IMG/VR virus record: IMGVR_UViG_3300044636_000037
Location: 1 to 26,835 of that record
DNA: 26,835 nt
Strand: one strand, 5' to 3'
DNA from: a virus
Lineage: Duplodnaviria; Caudoviricetes
The notes under the pieces: generated by a model
Database searches by the model: none
What the model was told of the DNA's origin: nothing
The model's input: only the letters and a program-made list of their open reading frames with translations
Shown: positions 7,950-15,000 of the stretch, in pieces
How the letters are laid out: each line of letters starts with the position of its first letter
Numbering within the stretch: position 1 is the first letter of the stretch
Made by a program: the position numbers and the translations under genes

Positions 7950-8404
7950 AAGTAACCAAACTAGAAGTCAACGAACGAGACATTGACCGGATTTTTCTGG
8001 TCATTACTCGTGACTTCGCCAACGAGCACAGCATGGGCAAACTGAGTGCCTCAAACCATAACGCAGAGAAAGGTCTGCTCTGGGGCATCAAGAACATTGA
8101 GTGCGGTGCTTGGGTAGTAGAAGACGATGCCGGTAAAGTTCTTGGCACTATCGGCATTCACCGTACTTCTCCATGGTACTCGGACGAAGAGTATCTTGCT
8201 GACGGATGGTTCTACGTACTTCCTGAGTATCGTAAGACCGGCGTAGGTAAGATGTTGTTGGATGCGGCTACTAATTTTGCCAAGGAACAGGAACTGCCCT
8301 TAATTGTCGGCGTGTTCAATATGGATGACACCGGCAAGAAGATTGAAATCATGAATCGTATGGGGCTTAAACTTATTGGCGGCTTGTTCGCCACAGGAGT
8401 TTAA
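7946..8404 (+). CDS. GNAT-family acyl/acetyltransferase
   Basis: Motif A 'FYVLPEYRKTGVGKMLL' and GNAT-like size and pattern; ATGA overlap with the upstream gene. Confidence 0.88.
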   Translation: MKVTKLEVNERDIDRIFLVITRDFANEHSMGKLSASNHNAEKGLLWGIKNIECGAWVVEDDAGKVLGTIGIHRTSPWYSDEEYLADGWFYVLPEYRKTGVGKMLLDAATNFAKEQELPLIVGVFNMDDTGKKIEIMNRMGLKLIGGLFATGV

Positions 8405-8406
8405 CT

Positions 8407-10488
8407 ATGTGTGGCGGCGGCGGTGGTGGTAGTTCAGCACCTACTCAACAAACAGTTACTCAGGTAACGATACCTCCTGAGTTGATGCCGTATGCCAAGA
8501 AGGTTCTTGGCACGGCAGAAAATCTTACATACAACCAGCCCTACCAGACTTATGGTGGGCAGCGCATCGCAGGGCTTAACCCGCTCCAGCAACAGGCGAT
8601 GCAGCAGATTCAGCAGCAACAGACTGCTTCTCAAATTGGTCAAGCCACCGGTATGGCTGGGCTTGCTGGGCTTCAAGCCCAAAAGTTAGGGCAATACAGT
8701 CCAGCCCAATATCAAGGGTTAGACGTTAGTTACCTTGGCGCACAGGCTCCCAGTCTACAGCAGTACCAGATGGGGCCAGCAGAGCGTGTATCTGCCGACA
8801 AAGTAAAAGCCCAGAAACTACAGCAGTTTCAGATGGAAGGGCCAGAAAGCGTTGCGGCTCAAACTGATTTTGGTTCTGTCTCTGCACCCGGCCTTCGCGA
8901 CATTCAGATGGGTGGGCCGCAACAGGTTCAAGCCTCTCAAGTTGCTGGCGCTCAAATGGCTGGGCCGCAGCAGGTTCAAGCACCGTCTGATCTTGAGCGA
9001 TTGCAGATGGGGCCAGCCGAGCGTGTCGGCACTCAAGCCCTTGAGCAGTATCAGATGGGGCCAGCCCAGCAGGTTCAGGCTGAACGGTTTGGCCTTTCTT
9101 CACTTCAGCCATACATGTCTCCGTACATGCAGGACGTTGTGGAGACCCAGAAGCGTGAAGCGATGCGCGATGCAGCCCGTCAGATGCCGGGTGTGGGTGC
9201 TGCCGCTGCACGTGCGGGAGGTCGTGGCGGTAGCCGCGAGGCGCTTCTTCGGTCTGAGTCGCAGCGCAATTTGTCTAATCAGTTGCAGGGCATACAGGCT
9301 ACCGGTACGCAACAGGCGTTCCAGCAGGCTCAGCAGCAGTATGGCGTTGACCGTGCCCAAGCGTTGCAGGCCGCGCTGGCTAACCAACAAGCGGGTCTTA
9401 CCACGGGCCAGCAGAATCTGGCTGCACGACTTGGCGTCCAGCAGTTAGGCGCACAACAGGGACTGCAGGCTGCTCTTGCCAATCAGGCAGCGGGTATGCA
9501 GGTCGGTCAACAGAATCTGGCTGCAGCACAGAATCGCCAGCAGTTGATGGCTCAGCAGGGGCTGGAGGCTCAGCGGCTTAACCAAGCAGCGGGTTTGACT
9601 GCTGGTCAAACTAACCTTCAAGCACGTATGCAAGCCCAGTTGGCTAACCAACAGGCTCAGCAGCAAGCAGCGTTGGCTAATCAGCAAGCAGGACTTACTG
9701 CCGGTCAAGCCAATCTTCAGGCTGCGCTTCAGACGCAGGGGCTTGGCGCACAGCAAGGGCTGCAGGCTCAGTTGGCTAACCAACAGGCCCGTATACAGGG
9801 AGGCCAGATGGGTCTCCAAGCGTCGTTGGCTAACCAGCAGGCTCGACAGAGAGCGGCTGAGCAGAACCTTCAGGCTAGGCTCGGCGTTCAGCAATTGGGC
9901 GCACAGCAAGGGTTGCAGGCTGGACTTGCTAATCAACAGGCTAGGATGCAGGCAGCACTTGCCAACCAGCAGGCTGGTCTGACCACCGGTCAGCAGAACC
10001 TTGCCGCACAACTCGGTGTTCAGCAGTTGGGAGCGCAGCAGGGTCTACAGGCTCAGTTGGCTAACCAGCAGTCTCAACTTCAGGCGCAACAACAAGCCCT
10101 TGCTCAACGTCAGTTTGGGGCGCAGTTTGGTGAGCAGTCTCGGCAGTTTGGACAGAACCTTGGTCTCCAAGGTATCCAGCAGCAGTTGGCTGCGGCGGGC
10201 ATGCTCGGCAATCTGGGTCAGCAGCAGTTTGCTCAACAGCAAGGTATCAACCAAGCCCAGATGGCGGCAGGCCAGCAGATGCAAGGTCTGGAGCAGCAGA
10301 GGCTTCAGGCTGCGTACGAGGACTTCCTCAACCGGCAGCGTTACCCGTACCAGCAACTTGGCTTCATGTCAGACTTGATTCGCGGTACGCCGACCGCTGG
10401 CGGGGTTCAAAGTCTTTACGGCGCACAAGCCAGCCCACTTGGAGCCTTAGCAGGACTCGGTGGTCTATACATGGCTGGTAGAGGCTAA
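8407..10488 (+). CDS. Gln-rich DNA ejection/pilot-like protein with hendecad repeats
   Basis: 693 aa; AGGAG RBS; starts MCGGGGGGSS; central 'YMSPYMQDVV...GGSREAL'; long Q/A/L/G/N 11-residue repeats; hydrophobic Gly-rich C-terminus. Confidence 0.75.
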   Translation: MCGGGGGGSSAPTQQTVTQVTIPPELMPYAKKVLGTAENLTYNQPYQTYGGQRIAGLNPLQQQAMQQIQQQQTASQIGQATGMAGLAGLQAQKLGQYSPAQYQGLDVSYLGAQAPSLQQYQMGPAERVSADKVKAQKLQQFQMEGPESVAAQTDFGSVSAPGLRDIQMGGPQQVQASQVAGAQMAGPQQVQAPSDLERLQMGPAERVGTQALEQYQMGPAQQVQAERFGLSSLQPYMSPYMQDVVETQKREAMRDAARQMPGVGAAAARAGGRGGSREALLRSESQRNLSNQLQGIQATGTQQAFQQAQQQYGVDRAQALQAALANQQAGLTTGQQNLAARLGVQQLGAQQGLQAALANQAAGMQVGQQNLAAAQNRQQLMAQQGLEAQRLNQAAGLTAGQTNLQARMQAQLANQQAQQQAALANQQAGLTAGQANLQAALQTQGLGAQQGLQAQLANQQARIQGGQMGLQASLANQQARQRAAEQNLQARLGVQQLGAQQGLQAGLANQQARMQAALANQQAGLTTGQQNLAAQLGVQQLGAQQGLQAQLANQQSQLQAQQQALAQRQFGAQFGEQSRQFGQNLGLQGIQQQLAAAGMLGNLGQQQFAQQQGINQAQMAAGQQMQGLEQQRLQAAYEDFLNRQRYPYQQLGFMSDLIRGTPTAGGVQSLYGAQASPLGALAGLGGLYMAGRG
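9367..10146 (+). repeat. Protein-level 11-aa repeat array (23 hendecads + one 7-aa unit)
   Basis: Parses as QAALANQQAGL/TTGQQNLAARL/GVQQLGAQQGL etc., with a 33-aa super-repeat; DNA copies are synonymously diverged. Confidence 0.85.
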
Positions 10489-10511
10489 AGGCCCGTAAGT
10501 AGGAGATGTAA

Positions 10512-12005
10512 ATGGCACAGTCACTTCAGGGCATATCTGCGCTTGATCCGCGAGTTGCGGCGACCGATAAGTTCATCCAAGAGAAGCAGATTCCTCCCGA
10601 TCAGGTTGAGGACTTCTTGCTTGGCATGGGGGCTGACCCGCGTCTGGCTTCTCTGGTATTCAAATACCGCAAAGTGAAAGAGGCGGCAGAAAAACAGCAG
10701 AATGAGAAACCCTCGACTAGCAACGTCGCTGATGAAGTTTCTAACCAATACGCTCAATTAAAGCAACAGGAGCGTATGCGTCAAGGCGTGGCTGGTATGC
10801 CGACGCCGAATCTTGCACGTGCAGCGATGCGTGGTGGTATTACAGGTGAACCTGCACCGCAGGCGCAAATGGCTGGTGGCGGCATCGTTGCGTTTGATGA
10901 TGGTGGGTCTATACCGCGCAACCGCTCTCTAGTGCCATACAAAGCGCCGTTTTATAAGCGTGCGGCAGGTGCGGCCTTGGGGCTTGCTCGTAGACATCCG
11001 CTTGGCTTGGCAGCAAGTTTGCTCGGCCTTGGCGCTTTGGTTGGCGGAGACGAAGAGGAAGCCCAGCAGGCTCAAGAAGCAAGTGTTGAGCAGATTCCTG
11101 AAGGTCTCTCGGCAGAAGACTACCGTACGCTTGCTTCTATGAATATGGGTCAAGACCAAACCGGTGCTGGTGCTGCAAGACCTCTTTCTGCGCCGCCGAA
11201 ATCTGCGGCAATAGACCTCTCGCCGTTAGAGAAACGACTGGCTGAAGCAAAGGCTAGGTTGCCCAAGGACGAGCAGGCAGCGATTGATGCTGAACTTGCC
11301 AGAGAGAAGCCGTACCTTGAGTCGCTGGCAGCGCGGCGTTCCAAGATTGAAGAGCAGGAAAAGAAAGGCACGACTTCAGCAGAAAAGAAGTTCTGGCTGG
11401 CGTTTGCACAGGCTGGGTTTGCGGCATCTGCCAAGGGTGCGCGTAACCTTTGGGAGACTTTGTCTATTGGCGGTGCCGAAGGCATGAAAGCCTATGAGGC
11501 AATCAAGGATAAAGAACAGCAACTTCTTGAGAGACTGCAGGACAAGAAGTTACAACTTGACGATCTGGAAGCACAAGTCAAACGTGGCGCGACCAAGTCT
11601 GGTATCGACCGGCTTGATAAACTTCGTTCTGAAGTTACATCGGCTCAGAGTGAACTTACCAAGACTCAAGTCGCTGTTGGTCTGGCTGACAGAACCGAAG
11701 CCGGTGCTAACTATCGCGCTAGACTTGCTCAGGAAGGTGCTGACCGTCGTGCTTCTACGGCGAGCAAAGCCCTCAGACTTGATCAGGCAATCGACAACGC
11801 TATCCTAAAATCGACCGATCCGAACCTGACCGAACAACAACGGCAGGCTGCGGCGAAGTTGGCTAAAGAACTTATTGCTCAACGTGCGCGTAAAGAGGCG
11901 ACGGAGTCTGGGGCGCAGTCGCAGGCAGCAAGACTTTCTATGCAGCGTGAGTTGTTAGGACTCGGTGGAGAAGGCGACGGATTTGGCGGTCTTGCTGTAG
12001 AGTAA
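10512..12005 (+). CDS. Alpha-helical internal virion/ejection protein
   Basis: 497 aa; AGGAG RBS; 'MAGGGIVAFDDGG' motif, a hydrophobic segment and extensive coiled-coil character; position in the ejection block. Confidence 0.7.
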   Translation: MAQSLQGISALDPRVAATDKFIQEKQIPPDQVEDFLLGMGADPRLASLVFKYRKVKEAAEKQQNEKPSTSNVADEVSNQYAQLKQQERMRQGVAGMPTPNLARAAMRGGITGEPAPQAQMAGGGIVAFDDGGSIPRNRSLVPYKAPFYKRAAGAALGLARRHPLGLAASLLGLGALVGGDEEEAQQAQEASVEQIPEGLSAEDYRTLASMNMGQDQTGAGAARPLSAPPKSAAIDLSPLEKRLAEAKARLPKDEQAAIDAELAREKPYLESLAARRSKIEEQEKKGTTSAEKKFWLAFAQAGFAASAKGARNLWETLSIGGAEGMKAYEAIKDKEQQLLERLQDKKLQLDDLEAQVKRGATKSGIDRLDKLRSEVTSAQSELTKTQVAVGLADRTEAGANYRARLAQEGADRRASTASKALRLDQAIDNAILKSTDPNLTEQQRQAAAKLAKELIAQRARKEATESGAQSQAARLSMQRELLGLGGEGDGFGGLAVE

Positions 12006-12009
12006 TCTC

Positions 12010-15000
12010 ATGCCTCGCTACAAAGTCACAATGCCCGATGGGAAAACGTACTCCATCGAAGGGCCAGCGGGGGCTAGTAAAGAACAGGTGATCGCCGCCG
12101 TTCAGCGACGTATTGGTGCCGCTGAAGAAGAAACCACGCTAGGTGGCGAAGTAAAAGAAGCCTTCAAGGGCGTGATTCCCGGTGCTGCTGGGCTGCTTGA
12201 GACGGCGGCTACAGGTGCCGCTGCGTTACTGCCCGAAAAGGCAGAGATGGCTGTTCGTGGTAAAGCCGCTGAATTGGCTGGTGCTGCACGTGAAGCCTTC
12301 AAGGCTACTCCCGGTTACGAAGAATCTACGGGCCGTAAGTTCGGTGAGGCTCTCGGCTCGACCGCCCCGTTCTTTGCGCTTGGCCCACTTGGTGCGGCTG
12401 GACGGGCTGGTGCAGTTGGTCTTGGTGTCGGGGCTGGCGCAGGCGAGGCACGGCAACGTGCCGAGATGGAAGGTGGTGAAGAAGATAAAGGTCTCGCTAC
12501 AGCGGCGGGTGCCGTTATCGGCGCAAGCGAAGCCATACCGGTATTCAACTTTGTAAAGCGTTTACCACGTGACGCACAACTAACCATACTAGATCGCATC
12601 AAGCGAGGCTTTCAAGCAGCCGGTGAAGAAGGCGCACAGGAAGCGGCATCGCAGATCGCCCAGAACATTGTGGCTAAAGGTTTGTATAAGCCTAGCCAAG
12701 AACTGATTGAGAGTGCTGGCGAAGAAGGTGCTTACGGCGCAGGTGTCGGTGCCTTCATTCAGGTTCTTACAGACATGGCGCTGGGGCGTCGTGTTCGCGG
12801 TGTTCAGCCGCCTCAAAGTGCTGAAGAGAGATTGACTGAGGAAGAACCTCCTCCGACTGCTCCTCCCGGTACGCAGGCTTCTGTAAAGGAAGAAGTAGCC
12901 CGGCAAACTCGGGAAGAAGAAAAGATTAGGGCGGTTATTGACGAAGAGAAAGATGCAGCCGATGAAGAGGCGCGGCTTGAGCGCGAAGCCGTTCAAGCCT
13001 ATGAACGTGAGCAAGAAGAACTTACAGCGAGACGCGGTTATGACGAGCAGACTCTGCGTGAAGCGGCAGAGGCTGAAGCACTTGCACCCGTAGAAGACGA
13101 GGGTGTGCCGTACACGCCGCCTGAGCGTAAGGAAGAAGTCGCTCCGGTGGAGGAGGAACCTACTGTTGAAGAGCCAACGGTAGAAGCCCCAACTGTAGAA
13201 GAACCTGAATACACGATGCGGGATGCCGCCCTTGAGGTGTTCAAGGAGACGGGCAAGACCAACGTAGATACGTTACGTAATCGGTTGGCTATTCCGCTAC
13301 AGGAAGCCAAAGAACTTAGGCAGTCTTTAATTGACGAGGGCGTACTTGTAAGGCGTGGCAACACCTATATATTGCAGGAAGTAGAGACGGCTCCGGCTGC
13401 TAAAGCAGAGGAGGTTAAAGATGCAGACATACGCGCCAGAGATATTGAAGAAGTTGACGTTGGAGCAGTTGGAGGAAGCGATGTACTGCCTCCATCACGA
13501 CCTGTATCCGCAGGACAAGTTACTGCAGAGCCTGCAGTTGCCTCAATGGAACGAGTTGGCGAACCTGCTGCAGTTGCTCCTGCGGGAGCGGAGATCGTCG
13601 AACCTGCACTAGAAGATATTGACGTTGCCCAAGAAGAACTTGAGGCAGCACAGACTCCATCTCGCGCTACAAGCATACGCACGGCTGCATTGGATTTCGT
13701 CCGTGCTACTGGCAAAGCAGACCCAATTAGTCTTCAACAGACACTTGGTATAGAACTTTCTGAAGCCAGAGCGTTACGTGAGGCGCTGGTTGGCAGTGGC
13801 GCTATTGTTCCCGTACCGGGTAAGAAAAACCTGTACACGGTGTTTGAGGAACTCAAGACCACGCCAGTAACTCCAGCGCGTGAAGGCCGTATTGAAGGTG
13901 AGTCGCTTACCGCTGCCAGACCTGAAGTGCTTCAAGGTGCGCCACGGCCTGCTGTGCGTGAAGTATTGCCAGAGGTTTCTGAAGAAAAGCCCGGTGTTAC
14001 GGCGGTCGGGAAACGTACACAAGTTAGTCCAGAGTTTCAGTCTACGTTAGACGATTTGCGTCAATTAGCCGCTGCACCTGATATGGAAGGTAGGCAGTAC
14101 GGGCTTGATCTTGTAGGCGGCGAAGCGCGTGGTGTTACACGCAAGAAACTAAGTCCTGCCGAAGTTAACAATGCTAAGACTTTGGGACTTACTAAAGAAG
14201 CCACGGCATACGCTGCCAATCCTGCCGGTGTTGCTGAGCGTAGAACGCTGATTGAGGCTACCAAAGCCAAGCACAAGGGGCTTGTAGAACGAGCAGTCGC
14301 TCTGCAGAAACAAGAGTCAGATAACCGTAAGATTGGTAAAGAAAAAATATTAAGCGACGGATTTTTCCGTAGCCTATACGGCACTCTGTCAGACCCACAA
14401 ATAACTATGGGTCAACTTGTTGAGGCTGAGAACAGGTTAAAGAAAAGCGAAGCCAAGTACGGTGAAGTTGTCGCTCCGCAGGTGGCGGCTGAACAGGCTA
14501 CGTTTGAGGAAGACACAGAATTCCGCGAAGCAATTAAGGCCCAAAAGGCCCGTGCCGAAGAACGTGAAGAAGCGGAGAAAGCCGCTCGTGAAGAACGCCG
14601 TCGTACTCGTAAGAGAGACATCGGGCTACGTTTTGAACGCGGTAAAGGCGCAGGCATGGACGCTGATCGCGTTTACGAAATTGCCACCAAGACCGCTGCC
14701 AACTGGAAGAACAAGCCGCGTATCTTCGTTGTGCAGTCTATTGATGAACTGCCAGAGACTTTGCGTGCCAGAACTCCAGATGACGTTAGCGGTTTCTACA
14801 TCAACGGCGATGTGTTCCTGATCGCTGACAACGCTACCACAGAGGCTAACGTACGCGCCACGATGTTCCATGAGTCTTTAGGCCACTTCGGGCTTAAAAA
14901 CTTGTTTGGTCGTCGTTTACGCGAAGTGATGTTAGACATCTATCGCACTAACCCTGCGATGCGTAAAGCCGCTGATGGGTATTTTAAGAGGTTTCCAGAC

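Noticed and set aside
5133-10378. Numerous alternate-frame and antisense ORFs over the Gly- and Gln-rich genes
   Set aside because: Expected by-products of low-complexity, GC-rich codon use; no RBS or motif support.
14462-14821. 119 aa +1 frame ORF inside the 1993 aa gene
   Set aside because: No strong SD, and the Arg/Lys/Leu bias is what frame-shifted Glu/Ala codons produce, unlike 13421..13612.
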